DNA from: the human T2T-CHM13v2.0 reference genome, Homo sapiens
Length of the DNA stretch: 64,000 nt
Assembly: GCF_009914755.1 (NCBI RefSeq)
Contig: NC_060927.1
Direction: 5' to 3' (one strand)
Shown here one piece after another: positions 44,930 to 61,104 of this stretch (positions are counted from its first letter, which is position 1; each line of letters starts with the position of its first letter). The notes under the pieces were generated by a model. It was not told the DNA's origin. It did not search any database and was given only the letters and a program-made list of their open reading frames with translations. The position numbers and the translations under genes were made by a program.

Positions 44930-45789
44930 GTAAGATATTTTTTAAAAGAAAAGCAACTTTGTTTTAAATGAAACCTGCAACTTAGTTCTTTGTACATAAT
45001 TCTGGCAGCAGTGTGCATAATTGACTTGAAAAGGCAAGGGCTAGGTAAGTTTGAGTCATAGCAGGTGGTCAACCCAGAAGACCAGTGAAGGTCATAAGTG
45101 TTAACGTGCAGTTTCTGTAAATCTAGGCCCATGCTCCAAGTCAAGGCAGAGTGATACCAATGAGTAGAACTAACTCTCACCTTCTAGCAGGGGCTTTTTG
45201 AACCATGAATCACTGTTGGAGTTTAGACTTATAGGCAGAATTGCCTCTTTGGCACCAAGGCAACTTATGTACATGGCACATAATGAATTTTAACATCTAA
45301 TGACCTTATGTTTTGAACTTCACTTAAAACCCTCCATTTTATTTTTCTATTTGATAAGAGAACTGTGGATCATTACTGTACATTAGCACCTACAGAGCTC
45401 TTTTCTATTTTGTTTCTCTTTTTCCCTTTATTTCTCCAAAGTTTTTGTTTTTTATTTTTACTGGCCCTCCATTAGGGCCTGAGACAGTGGAGCCCACTTC
45501 ACACTGGACTTGGCTAAGCTGATAGGAAGGAAATATGCATGGGCAAGGAATGGCCTCTTCTTTAAAAAAAAAAAAAAAAAAAAAAAATTAAACTCTCCTT
45601 AGCTGACAGGAAGGAATTGGGAGGGACAGAATTTCATTTTTGGTGTTCAGGCAAACATGCTATTTGTGTAATTGTTCTTTGTCTAGGTGTAGAAGAAAAG
45701 TACAATTTCTCCTTGTGCAGACAGTTTGGGAGCAATATAGCATGACTGACAAATATGAAATACCGTTGACTCACTACTTTACATTAGTT

Positions 45790-45933
45790 TTTATTTATTT
45801 ATTTTTTATGGTTTTGTAGAGATGGAGTCTTGCTCTGTTGTCCAGGCCAAACTTGAACTCCTGGGCTCAAGCAACCCTCCCACCTCAGCTTCCTGAGTAG
45901 CTGGGACTACAGATGCTTACTACCATACCCAGC
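45790..45933 (-). mobile_element. FLAM-like Alu monomer
   Basis: Antisense monomer with ttagtttttatt flanks. Confidence 0.8.
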
Positions 45934-47129
45934 TTAGTTTTTATTCTTATTCAACATTATTGTTATTCTAGAATGTTCTTCTAATTATCAATAAAATACA
46001 AATATTTAATGTTTTTAACCATTGTAAAACTGCAAAAACTAAAATATAGTACAATTTGGAGTAAGATATAAAGTAGTGGATTATCAGTTTCTGAGATAAA
46101 AATATTTCCAGTGTTCTAAAGGTAATTAAGTAGATATAATGTGATGTTTAACTGCTGAGGTAACTTTTTAAATACTTTTGGGTTTTGTGATTAAGACCAT
46201 TATTTTTAGTTTTTCAATGGAAGACAAATCAGAAAGAGATTTTCCTTCAGTAGCAGAAGAGACCAGGGTTAGAATCAGCAATACTGGTTTTGTAAATACT
46301 GGAATTTATTTAAAGCATGATGATTAGAGATATTGGGAGAAATTAAGGTAATTTCTGTCAAGAAAGTATGCCTCATAGTGATACGTGCACAGGGTACTAA
46401 GACATACCCAGTTAGACTTTTTTGTTCCATTTTAAGAGGACACTGGTATCTTGGGATTAGAGTGAACGTGACAGTAATTAACAAAATATAGTGAAAAAAC
46501 TAATATCATAGAGCAAAGGGGGGAAGTAGTCCAGTATTAGGTATTACTGTATATAAATCTAAAATCCCATTTAAATATAATTTTTATTTGTTAATACTCC
46601 AGGATGCATTCCGTACTACAGTATTCTGATGTTATTGAGACAGTTTTATCAAGATTTTATCTCTATTTAAGTCTTAGGAAATCTCTGTTAACTTTATTAC
46701 TGTATTACAGTTATTGCTACCTTTATTCCAGGGTGCTTGGAAACATTGTTTTGAGTTAGTGATCTGTAGTTAACCTGTAAAGAGATATAAGTCCAGCTTT
46801 TACATTAGATAAACTTTTCCCTTTTCTCATAATTTCTGTATCCCTTTTTGGTAACTTAAATATCCGGTGTAATTAATGGATTTGTTTCGCAATGGTTGTG
46901 CTGGTGGAGACATTGTTTGAAAGTTGAGAAGGAAAAGGGGAAAACAAAAGGATTAATTCATGAATATATTTTAACTATAAAAAATATATATGCTTTAAAG
47001 CATCTTCCAAAATAAGTCTGAATAATAAGGTCATATTTTTGGCCATGATTATTTACTTGTTATACAGGCTGTGTTATAATTTAGAGGAAAAAAAAGTTTT
47101 GGAAAGAGAAGCCTCAGAAAAATTTTCTA

Positions 47130-47262
47130 TTGCCTGGGTGTGGGCCAGGTCACATGGATTGGGTGTGGGAAGTTTCAGTGTTGCAGAACAGACGAGGAAG
47201 CTCACTGAGAATTATCCTGAGCTGTGTTAACAAACTGACAGAACACAGAATTTTTACTCAAA
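47130..47262 (+). promoter_or_regulatory. Putative internal promoter / 5' UTR of the NCK1 alternative first exon
   Basis: Non-repeat motif cluster directly upstream of the alternative ATG: GGGTGTGGG twice (47136, 47161), AGGTCA (47147), GTCACATG E-box (47149), ATTGG (47158), GAGGAAG ETS-like (47194). Function is inferred. Confidence 0.5.
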
Positions 47263-47296
47263 ATGGATTGGTTAAACGTCTTTAAAGATTTTTTCA
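47263..47296 (+). CDS. NCK1: NCK1 alternative first coding exon (MDWLNVFKDFF + A), giving a short isoform without SH3-1
   Basis: ATG GAT TGG TTA AAC GTC TTT AAA GAT TTT TTC A followed by consensus donor gtaagt (47297-47302). Phase 1, so it joins exon 62270 in frame (A|GC = Ser). Matches my recollection of the N-terminus of the 313-aa NCK1 isoform. Confidence 0.85.
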
Positions 47297-48537
47297 GTAA
47301 GTTAATCTGTTTATTAAATCCATTGTTTTCTTGAAGTTGTGAATTAGATTTTCTGCTTTTGTAAATTTAAAGGAAAACTCTTATTTGGTGGGTTTATGTA
47401 AGCTACTACATTATGTGTATGTAATATAAACCAAATGATTGGTGATATATCCAAAAATTGTAGTTTCGACTTGGTAAGTAAAATAATTTTAAAATGTTTT
47501 AGCATGAATGTTTAACAAGTAGAGAAAGGATATAAATGGTTTGAGTTTGATGCAGTTCTAATTCAGTAATTTTCAACTTAGCACAGACATTTGAAGTGAA
47601 TTAAATAAATTGTAAACATTAAAAACATTAGATAAAAAGGATTAGGTGAACAAATTTCTTCATCCTCAACTTTGGAATTAACTTTTTTTTTTTAACTACT
47701 TTTTACTTACTTTTTTTTTAGCGGAACAGTGTAAAGATAATCTTTAATAAAAACACTAGTAAAGAGAATATTTTTATTTAATTAATGTAGTATTGCTAGA
47801 AATTGATGTTTTGATTAATGTGAGATTTGATATTTTGATATGAGTTATGAGAACAGCTATACAACCAAGAGGAAAATAGTGAATTCTTGACTGTTATTGA
47901 GTTTGGGTCATGAAGTAAAACTAATAATAATTTATAAGAGCCTAATTCTGCTGATTCTGCTAGTGGCCTCCTTATGATCTTATAGTGAACTTAATTTGAT
48001 CTCCTTGAACATTTGCTTGGTGTTTCTAGAAAAATGAACAGAGGAATTATTATAGAAGTCTCTTATGCACAACAAGCCTAAGGAAACAAAGAGTAACCTG
48101 ACAAGAGATTCCAGAGAAAAGGGCAAAAGAGAAAAGGAATAAGCACTTTGTTGAAAAAGAATGTTGTAATTGTAATGTGAAGACTCATTTGTTAGCTTTA
48201 GTGACTCCCTCTGGAATATGTCTCTTCTGTTTACTTTTTGGGGAGTTACTAAAATTTCAGATCTTTGCATTTTCATTTTTTGGGTAAGTTTTACCTTTGA
48301 AGAACTTACTTATTTGCTCATTCATTTGTTTATCAACACATTCTTATTGAGAGCCTACTCCAAGCCAGGCAGAAATCATAGGGTGAAAAACTAATACTAA
48401 CTCTAGCAAATCTTACATTCTGGTGGAGAGGTATATGATGATTGTTATTAATAATACAGTGGATTTCATATCTAGATTTAGTCATAAGTGATGTTGACCA
48501 TAAAGCAACCAGAAATGACATAAAAAGAATCCATTGT

Positions 48538-48837
48538 GGCTAGGCGTGGCAGCTCAAGCCTGTAATCTCAGCACTTTGGGAGGCCGAAGTGGGTGGATCA
48601 CTTGAGGTCAGGAGTTTGAGACCAGCCTGGTCAACATGGTGAAACACTGTCTCTACTAAAAATGCAAACATTAGCTGGGCGTGGTGGCGGGTGCCTGTAA
48701 TCCCAGCTACTTGGGAAGCTGAGGCAGGAGAATCACTTGAAACCAGAGGTAGAGGCTGCAGTGAGCCAAGATTGTGCCACTGCACGCCAGCCTGGGCAAC
48801 AGAGCGAGACTCCATCTCAAAAAAAAAAAAAAAAAAA
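48538..48837 (+). mobile_element. Alu (AluS-like)
   Basis: Sense Alu; perfect TSD aaaaagaatccattgt (48522-48537, 48833-48848). Confidence 0.92.
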
Positions 48838-50410
48838 GAATCCATTGTATCATTGATACAGTGATTCAATATATATCATCAATACAGTGGTAAAATTATT
48901 CTTTTTGCTGAGTCTTAGGAAGTTGATAGTTAATGCATTTGCAGACTGGGAGTCAGGATTTGAAATTTGTAACCAAAATGTTTCTTTGCTCAATCCCTGC
49001 AGCAACCCCAGATTTTTATTTATTTTGCCAGGCAGTTTGTCAGAGTAGAGACAGGCTATTCATCTACTTCCTACCTGAATGGGCTTATAAAGTAGAAGAA
49101 ACAGAGTATTATGTGCTTTTTGTGTGGCAGCCAGAGTATCTTTGAAAACAAAAATTGTACAATGTTTTAAATAAAACAATAAAAAATAATTTATTTCATG
49201 TAGATGAAGTGAACAGATGGACATATAAAAATTTAAATAAAAACCTGTAATGGAAGGAATACCATATATTTATATGTGGTATTTCTTAGTTCTGTTCCCA
49301 GACATATCACTTACAAGCCATGTGGCCTGCAAAATATAACTGAACTTCTCTGATTTTCTGTTCCTTGTAAAAGACAGAGTTGGGCAAGACTAAATGATCC
49401 TGGAAAGTCCCTTCTAACTCTAAAAGTCTTACATCCTGGTAAACAACTAAGCAGTCTTAGGTGTGTCATAGGAATTGAGCGAAAGCAATGAGTGAGAAAT
49501 TGGTTTTGAAGAAGTAGAAACATGGGAACAGAATTGTAGTTGACTAAGGAATTAGAAGAAACAGAAAAACTTTCTTTGGCCCCATTCTCAACACTTACTC
49601 AGTGATACAGGTGAAGGAAAAACAACATGCTTAAACTAAAGAATACTGAAATCACTAATAAGTACACTGGGTTCAGAAATATATTTGGAAACTAAAATCA
49701 AGATAGAAATAAACAAGATGAATAGGAACAGACAGTATTGTAAAACTCTACATTAAAATTTTAAAAGGAATTGTATAGATTGGTGAGAACCTAGCCTGGC
49801 AGCAGCTTACATGAGTAAAAACCTTAGTAAGAGCTGCTGTGGTAATGTAGGTACTAAAACTCTCAACACAGTCCATGGTGACATTGATTCGAGTCTGAGA
49901 GGTGCTTAGGTGGAGGTATGCTCCCTTATGTGTGTGTTGGCCAAATAAAACATGATGTAATTAATCCACTTTTGATAGATATTCTTTAACAATGGTATTG
50001 AGAAACTTGGATGCTTCCAAATGCTGGCATCCAGTATATCAAGGATTTGCAAACCAGGTCACATAAGGAATAGTTATGGGTACAAAGACTTGCCTCAGGG
50101 AGCACAGCTGTCATATGAAGAAGGAATGTTCACAGTGCTTAACCAGGTTCTTAAGAATTCTTGTGGAGTTTATAATGCATTGTTCTGGTTAAGAAACAGT
50201 GCTATAGGAAAAGAGAAGTAAAGACCAGTGGGTGGTAGTGAGGGAAAGATCAGAAATTATCTTTACACTTTTTTTTTTTAATTTAAGCAAAGCTAACAAT
50301 AAAAAACTGCCTCAGAATGGTACACTTCCTCAGTGCTTAGATCTGAGCAGTTTCCTTCCAACTACAGCCAGGTCCAGCTATATAATGCAAGAATAAAGAT
50401 TTAAGTAATC

Positions 50411-50706
50411 TTTTTTTTTTCTTGAGACAGTCTTGCTCTGCCACCCAGGCTGGAGTGCACTGGTGCCATCTCAGCTCACTGCCACTTCTGTCTCTCAAGT
50501 TCAAACGATTCTCGTCCCTCAGCCTCCCAAGCAGCTGGGACTACAGGTGCATGCCACCACACCTGGCTAATTTTTTTTGTATTTTTAGTAGAGATGGGGT
50601 TTCCCCATGTTGGCCAGGCATGTCTCGAACTCCTGGCCTCAAGTTATCTGCCTGCCTCAGCCTCCCAAAGTGCTGGGATTACATGCCTGAGCCACCTTGC
50701 CCGGCC
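50411..50706 (-). mobile_element. Alu (AluS-like)
   Basis: Antisense Alu with tttaagtaat flanks. Confidence 0.88.
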
Positions 50707-50894
50707 AAGTTTAAGTAATTTTGAAAATTAAACACCAGAAGCACTAGAAGGTAGGAAAATAGTAACCACCATTGATGGAGTTCCTGCTATGTACTGTAAG
50801 TGCTTTACACATAGACTTCTAAAAATTTTTTACAAGCATTTTATGAATTTATTTTTTTACACACCACCATTGTACAAACAAGGATACTGGAGGT

Positions 50895-51400
<506 letters not shown>

Positions 51401-51659
51401 TCCTGTGTTAGAAATAAAAAAGATTAAATAACTTGACCAAGATCACACAACCAGTAGCGGAACTAAAATTTAAACTTGTATCTCCTATTAAAGTTCTCAT
51501 AGTAGATATTTTATTACTAAAGAGTAGAGAATTGGAGTCAGTTAAGCAATGGGTTAGAAGGGTTTGATGCAAAAAGGACTAGTCAAGGTTAAGAAGATTG
51601 TGGTGAACTGTGAGGTCAGGAAGTGCTATGACCTGAGTGTTTGTGTCCCCCAAAACTCC

Positions 51660-51898
51660 GCATGATCTTGGCTCACTGCAACCTCCGCCTCCTGGGTTCA
51701 AATGATTCTCATGCCACAGCCACCCAAGTAGCTGGAATTACAGGTGTGCGCCACCATGACTGGCTAATTTTTGTATTTTTAGTAGTGACAGGGTTTCGCA
51801 TGTTGGCCAGGCTGGTCTTGAACTCCTGGCCTCAGGTGATCTGCCTGCCTCGGCCTCCCAAAATGCTGGGATTACAGTGTGAGCCCCCGTGCTGGGCC
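51660..51898 (-). mobile_element. Alu lacking its 3' end
   Basis: Antisense Alu starting mid right arm, joined to an approx. 35-bp MST-like LTR start. Confidence 0.85.
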
Positions 51899-52736
51899 AT
51901 TCTTTTTTTGACAATGTGTAATTAGTCTTAGACATAATGTTTTTAAATATAAGCTTCCAGAGAGAATCATTCTAGGTTTTACTGATCTTTTGCATTTCTT
52001 TTACCATACAAAACTGTGCAAATTCTGAATTTTCAAAAATATCATTTGAAACTTAGTCTGTATTTTCAGGTTTAACTTTTTTTTTTTGTATGTGCCTCAT
52101 ATCATTATTCACTTTTACTCAATTTGACATTTATTGAGAATCTGCTATGTGAAACAGCCACTGTTGGCTTTTGAGCAGTGATGTCATGTGATTGCAGCTT
52201 TATTTATAGGAAGATCAGACTGGTTGATATGGATGATGGGTCGACTGAGGGAGAAACTGAATTAATAAGGAAACTAGTTTAGTGGGGTCACGAAACCTCT
52301 GGTACAACATAATAGGCCTGAAGAAGAGTGACCATAGTGAGAAGGGAAAGTGTTGGCAATAAGGAGATAGGATTGTGAGGATTTGATGTAAGACTCTTAA
52401 AAATTTTTTTATGAGGTAAAATTTGTATAACATAAAATTAACCATTTTAAAGTATGTAATTCAGTAGTATTGAGTACATTAACAGTGTTGTGCAGCCATC
52501 ACTTCTGATTCCAAAATGTTTCCATCACCCCAAAAATAGTTACTCTCAATCAGTCCCTGGCAATTACTAATCTGCTTTCTGTCTCTATGGATTTACCTAT
52601 TCTGGATAATTTATATAAATGGAATCATACAGTATGTGACCTTTTGTGTCTGGCTTCTTTCATTTAGTATAATATCTTCAAGTTTTGTCCATGTTGTAGC
52701 ATATATCAGTAATTCATCCCTTTTATGTCTAAATAA

Positions 52737-53045
<309 letters not shown>

Positions 53046-54995
53046 TAACTATTATATGTATATATCACATTTTGTTTATCCACTCATCTGTTCATAGATG
53101 GACATTTGAATTGTTTCCATATTTTGGTTATTGTGAACAGCGTTGTGATAAACATTCATGTACAGTTACTGTTTGAATATCTATTTTCAGTTAAGTGTAT
53201 ACCTAAAAGTGGAATTGCTGGATCGTATGGTAATTCTTTGCTTTTTGAGAAACCATCTGTTTTTCACATGGTGGCACCATTTTACATTCCAACCAGTATT
53301 GTAAGGGGGATTCCAGTTTCTCCATATCCTTGCCAACACCTATTTTCTTTCTTTCTTTGCTTATATCCATTGTAGTTGGTGTGAGGTAGGGTCATTGTGG
53401 TTTTGATTTACATTTCTCTAATGACTAATGATATTGAGGATCTTTTCATGTGCCTGTTGGCCATTCGTATACCGTAGTTGGAACAATCTTTATTCAAGTC
53501 CTTTGCCCATTTTTGAAGTAGTTGTTTCTGTTGTTGGGTTCTAAGAGTTGTTTATATGTTCTGGATACTAGACCCTTATCAGAATTATGATTTGCAAATA
53601 TTCTCTTCTAATTCTGTAGGTTGTCTTTTCACTTCTTGATAGTGTGTTATACACAAATGTTTTCAATTTTAATGAAGTATAATGGATCTTGTTTTTTTGG
53701 TTGCTTATGCTTTTAGTGTCAGTATCTAAGAATCCATTGCTAAATCCAAGGTCACAGATATTTGCTCCTATGTTTTCTTCTAAGAGTTTTATAGTTTTAG
53801 CTCTGACATTTGGTCATTTCGAGTTAATTTTTATATATGATGTGAAGTTGGAGTCCAGTTTCATTCTTTTGTTTATAGATATCCGTTTGTTCCAGTACCC
53901 TTTGTTGAAGAAACTATTCTTTCTTCCCATTGAGTGATCTTGGCACCATTGATGAAAATCAATTGACCATAGATCCATGGGTTTATTTTAGGACTCTCGA
54001 TTCTATTTCATTGCTGTATATGTCTGTCCTTATTCCAATACCACACTGTTTTGATTACTGTGGCTTTGTAGTAAGTTTTGAAATCAGAAAGGGAGAGTCC
54101 TCCCACTTGATTTTCCTTTTTCAAGATTGTTTTGGTTGCTTAGGGTCCACCTTGCAGTTCTGTGTGAATATTAGAATCAGCCTTTTCATTTCTGTGGAAA
54201 AAACAAAATGGTTGAACTTTAGTAAGAATTGCATTGAATCTGTGGATTGTTTTGGATACTGTTGCCATCTTACACAGAATATCTTTCCGTTTATTTAAGT
54301 CTTCTTTAATTTCTTTCAGCGGTGTTTTGCAGTGTTTAGTATATGAGTCTGATACTTGGTTAAAATTATTCCTATGTATCTTATTCTTCTTAATGCTGTT
54401 ATAAATGGATTATTTTCTTAATTTTGTCTTTGAATTGTTCATTGTTAACGTATAGAAATACAACTGATTTTGTGTGTTGATCTTGCAGCTTTGCTGAATT
54501 TTTTTATTCTCACTCTGTGTGAGTGTGTGGGTGTGTGTGTATTCTTTAGGATTTTCTATTTATAAGATCATGTCATCTGTGGATACTTTTTCCCCTCCCT
54601 AATTGCTTTGACTAGCACTTCCAATACAATGTTAAATAAAAGTGGTGGAAGAGAGCATCCTTGTTCTTGTCTTGTTCCTGTTCTTACGGTGGAAAACTTT
54701 GTCTTTCACCATTGAGTGTGATGTCAGCTCCACAGTTTTTTGCAGATGCCCTTTATTATATTGAGGAAATTCCCTTCTAATCCTAGTTTGCTGAGCATTG
54801 TTATCATGAAACGGTTTTGGATTTTGTCCAATACTTTTTCTGCATCAATTGAGATAGTCATTTGTTTTTTCCCCTTTGTTTTACTAATATGAGGTGTCTT
54901 ATATTGATTTTCATATGTTGAACCACCCTTGCATAAATCCCACTTACTCATATACAGTCCTTTTAATATGCTTGCTGGATTTGGTTTTCCTAGTA

Positions 54996-55595
54996 CAAAT
55001 GATCCTTATTTTTCACAGATTCTGTATTTGTGAATTCACTTATTGGCTAAAATTTATTTATAAGCCCAAAGTTGATAATTGCAGTGTTTTGTGGACATGT
55101 GCAGTGTGGCAAAAATGTGAGTCATCTGATGTGCACATTCCCAGTTGAGGCAATGTTCTTCCTTCTTATTTCAGCTTTCATACTATAAACCAGTGTCCTT
55201 TGTGCAGTCTATTTAGTGCCACATTTTTTGCATTTTTGTGCTTGTTGATGATTTTGCTGTTTAAAATGGCCCCCAAGCATAGTGATGAAGTGTTGCCTAG
55301 AGTTCATAAACACAAGAAAGCTGTGAATTTGCTTATGGAAAAAATGTGTGTTAGATAAGCTTCATTTAGGCATGAGTTATAGTGATGTTGTGAATTCTAT
55401 GTTAATCACAATTTATATTAAAGTGTCTTTAAAGAGAAACACACATAAAACAGGGTTGTGTAGTGATTGGTTAACAAAAACATGATTGGAGCCTAACCCT
55501 GTTTTTCCCTTAGGAGCTGTGGTTCAGTATTTGCTAATTCAGTATTTATGGTAACTTTATAGAACATAACTACTGCAAACAATGAAAATCAACTG
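54996..55595 (+). mobile_element. MER82 DNA transposon (TcMar-Tigger) inserted in L1
   Basis: gatccttatttttcacagattctgtatttgtgaattc...aaaatggcccccaagcatagtg...agaacataactactgcaaacaatgaaaatcaactg; the L1 text resumes on both sides. Confidence 0.8.
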
Positions 55596-56536
55596 AATTT
55601 TGTTGAGGATTTTTGCATCTATATTTCTAAGTGATATTAGCCAGTTGTCTTGTGATAGCTTTGGTATTCTGGGTAATATTGGCCTCATAGAATGAGTTAA
55701 TAAGTATTCTCTCCTTTTTTCTTTTTAGAGATGTTTTAGAAGCATTGATGTTAATTCCTCTTTAAACGTTTAGTAAAATCCACCAGTGAAACCATCTGGT
55801 CCAGAGCACATTTTTGATGCGAGATGTTTTGTTACTGATTGAATCTTTTACTTGTTATATGTCTGTTCAGATTTTCTATTTTTTCCTGAGTCAGCTTTGG
55901 TAGTTTGTGTGTTTCTTGGAATTGATGTTTTTCTTCTAGGTTTTTTAATTTATTGGCATACAGTTGTTCATAGTATTTGTTTATAATCCTTTTTAAAATA
56001 TCTGTAAGGTCTGTAGAAATGTTATTTCTGATTTTATTTATTTGAGTGTCTCTCTTGTTGGTCTAGCTAAAGAGTTTTCAATTTTACTGATATTTTCAAA
56101 TAACCACATTTTGGTTTTGTTGATTTCCTCTGTTTTTCTGTTCTCTTTTGTGTATATCTCTGCTCTGATTTTTATTATTTCCTTCTTTTTGCTTTGAGTT
56201 TAGTTTTTCTTTTCCAGTTCCTTAAGATTAAATTTAAGTTGGTAATTCGAGATCTTTCTTCTTTTTTATGCAAGCTTTTAGGGCTATAAATTTCCCTCTG
56301 AGCATTGCCTTTGCTGCCTCCCATAGGTTTTTGTATGTTGTGTTTTCATTTTCATTTGTCTCACAGTAGTGTCTAATCTTGTGAAATTTCTTGGTGACCT
56401 ATTGGTTTAAGAGAGTGTTAGTTGCCACACACTTGTTAATTTTCCAGTTTTCCTTTCTGTTATTGATTTCTAGGTTCATTCCATTGTGGTCAGAAAAGAT
56501 ACTTTGTATGACTTCAATCTCAAATTTATTGAGGCC

Positions 56537-56855
56537 TTTTTTTTTTTTTTTTTTTTAAATAGAGACAGGGTCTCTCTTTGTTACCTAGGCTGGAGTGCAG
56601 TAGCATGATCATGGCTCACTGTAGCCTTTGAACTCCTGGGTTCAAGCAATCCTCCCAACTCAGCCTCCTGAGTAGCTGGAACTACAGGAATGCACCACCA
56701 CACCTGGCTAATTATTTTATTTTACTTTTTATTTTTGTAGAGACAAGGTCTCACCATCTTGCCCAGGCTGCCGTCAGACTCCTGGGCTCAAGTGATCCCC
56801 CGACCTTGGACTCCCAAAGTGTTGGAATTACAGGCTTGAGCCACTGTGCCTGGCC
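56537..56855 (-). mobile_element. Alu (AluJ-like)
   Basis: Antisense Alu with tattgag(g/c)cctt flanks. Confidence 0.88.
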
Positions 56856-57189
56856 TATTGAGCCTTGTTTTGTGTCCTAATATATGGTCTATCTTGCAGA
56901 ATATTCCATGTATACTTGAGAAAAATGTGTGATATATTCTGCTTTTGTTTGATGGGATATTCTCTATATGTCTATTAGGTCTAGTTGGTTTATAGTACTG
57001 CTCAAGGCCTCTATTTCCTTAATGATTTTTCATTTAGTTCTGTCCCTTACAGAAAGTGGGGTATTGATGTCTCCAAGTATATTGAACTATTTTTCTCCCT
57101 CAATTCTGTCATTTTTTGCTTTATATGCCTTGAGGCTCTCTTGTTAGGTATGCATATATTTGTAACTGTTACACTTCTTGATGGACTGA

Positions 57190-57537
<348 letters not shown>

Positions 57538-57799
57538 TATGCTGTGTGATATTTATATAGCCACCCCACTCTCTTAGTTATCCTTTACATGGGATATCTT
57601 CTTCCATCCTTTCATTTTCAAACCTATTTGCATCTTTGTTTGGATCTAAAGTGAGTGTCTTGCAGATAACAGTTGCATCATGTTATTTTTAATCTATTTA
57701 CATTTAAAGTTATATCTGATAAGGAAGGATTTCTGCTATTTTGCTGTTTTCATTTACTTTTTTTTCTTTCAATTCTTCTATTACTGTCTTCTTTTGTGA

Positions 57800-58120
<321 letters not shown>

Positions 58121-58485
58121 TATTTTCTCTAATATATTGTTTTATTACCCTTCTTGTTTCTCTTTCTGTATTTTTGTTTTTCCTTAGTGGTTACCCTGGG
58201 GATTAACATCTTAGGTTTTTAACAATCATGTTTGAATTAATACCAACTTAGTTTCAGTACTATGCATAACTCTGCTCCTTTGCAGCTCCATCTTTGTATA
58301 TTACATCTTTACACATTAAAATATATGCCCATTAACCTAGAATTGAAATTTTTGTTTTATGCATTTGTATTTTAAATTGTGTAGGAAAGAAAAGGAGAAT
58401 TTACAAAAAAAAAACTGCAATACTACTGACTTTTATATTTACTTATGTAGCTACCTTTACCATTGTTCTTTATTTCTTCATATGA

Positions 58486-58829
<344 letters not shown>

Positions 58830-60776
58830 TCTCTTTAGCATTTCTTAGCACAGGTCTGGTAGTGATGAATTCCTTTAGTTTTTGTTTATCTGGGAATGTC
58901 TTATGTTCTCCTTCATTTTTGAAGGACAGTTTTGCTAAATATAGAATTCTTTGTTGGCTCTTTTGCTTTCAGCATCAGATCAGATTCTATCCCCTCCCCA
59001 GGGCTTATTACTGCTGCTTATTGTGAGTGGTTGTTGTTTGCTTGTTTAGTGACTTTACTAAACTACTTTTATAAGCTCTATATTCCTGGTCATGTGGGGC
59101 CGCTGAAGTCTATTCCATTTGCTTAGTAATCAGCTAGGGTTTTAACAGAGTTTCGTTAAACACCTGGAGCCAAAAGAAAAAACAAACAAACAAAAGAAAA
59201 CCTCTCCCCATCTTTACAGATGGCTTTATGTTGGGGCAGTTTTTGACCACTTAGTGATGCCATTTATAATTCTGCCTTAGCCTTTGCTTACTGTTTGCTC
59301 AAAGCCTGAAGATCAGCCAGGGTGAAAGCTTAGGGTCTTCTTGGGCCTTTCCTGAATGTGCATCCAGCCCTGGCCATGTGCACGTCCTTCTTGATTGGTA
59401 TACACACCCCTTATTACCCCATGTATATTCTTTCCCATCCCCTTTCTGTCCAGGCTTTTCCATCTGTCTGTTCCTTGTCCCAGTTGTTGTCCCTTGCCCC
59501 AGGCTGCTGCATCCATTAAATGATTTTTGCAAAAACCACCCAGGAAGACTCCCTATGCCTGGGAATGATTCAAGTCAGGCAAAGCCAAGGCAAGCCATTG
59601 CTCAGGTCCTTCAGGGAGCTGCCAGACAAGTTGAAACCCACAATCACAATTGTTTAAGAATGAGATCTGTATTGCTTCCTCTGGCATTAGGAGTGCAGGT
59701 TACTGTCCACACAGCCATCACTGACTTGGGGTGTGGGGGATGGTGGGCAGGCAACTTAGGATGCGATAGCACTCTCTTTACCACAAAGCAGCAACTTCTT
59801 TCTTTACCAAGCCTTGCCCTAGATTTTATAAGTTTTTTTTTTTTACTAGATTCCAGAGTTCTGCAAAAGTTGAGTCTGACAGTATTTACCAGCTCATTAA
59901 TTGCATTCATTACTTTTTGCAGGGACAGTGCCTTGGAGTTCCTTACTCTACTATTTTTGGTGGTATCACCCCAAATGTAGGGATTTCTCCGAAGGCTATC
60001 ATTAACCGGAAGTAAGAAAATTAGGAAGGAAGAAGTTGATTTAGGGGTATAGACTGGATTATTTTTATTTGGACATGAGTGTTGGGTTTGAGGTACTGAT
60101 GGCACAATCTGTGGGTGTCTAGTGACAGTTGGAATTGTAATGCCTGAATTCCAGAAAGGTCTTAGAGCTGCAAAGAGATCTGGGAACCTTCTGCACAGAA
60201 ATTATAGAAAATGAAAGTGTATGATTTCCTTGGAATAGAGAGGAAGGTCAAGTATGTCATCTTGTGAAACACTTTCAGCTAAGGAATTCTTCATTTATTC
60301 ATTCAGCATGTTTGCTGACTGCTGAATACATAATTTTGTTTTTCCTTTGTTCCTACTACTGATGTATGTACTGCTAAGCGTTGGAGACAGAAACGAATAA
60401 GATCTCGTTTTCTGCCCTCAGGAAGTTCACTCATATTGAGGAAGACAGACAAATAAACAAGTACAATGCAGTGTTATAATAACAAGGTTAGAGGAGCCTA
60501 GACAGAGGTAAACAAGAATATGTAAACAGGTTGGGAGGGAAAATAAGAAATTCGGGGAAGTCAAAGAAGAAGAAAACATAATGGAGAGAGTGGGCTGTGA
60601 TCTTGGTTGCTGCATATAGAGTTTGAGAAGGCTGAGGACTTTAAAAGTTACTGATTTGACAGTAAGGAGAGATGACATAAGAATGGTATTCATAAGAATG
60701 GTTTTAATTGAGTAGTTTTGTTAGAATGTTGGAGACAAAGGATCAGATAATAAAGAGTTGGGAGTGTGAGTGGTGA

Positions 60777-61104
<328 letters not shown>

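Noticed and set aside
44930-44967. ORF-track extension [11 protein letters not shown] after the NCK1 exon
   Set aside because: Read-through past the GT donor at 44930; intronic.
59378-59980. 200-aa ORF and overlapping 153-aa minus ORF
   Set aside because: Lie in the decayed 5' region of an old L1M; no recognisable domain.
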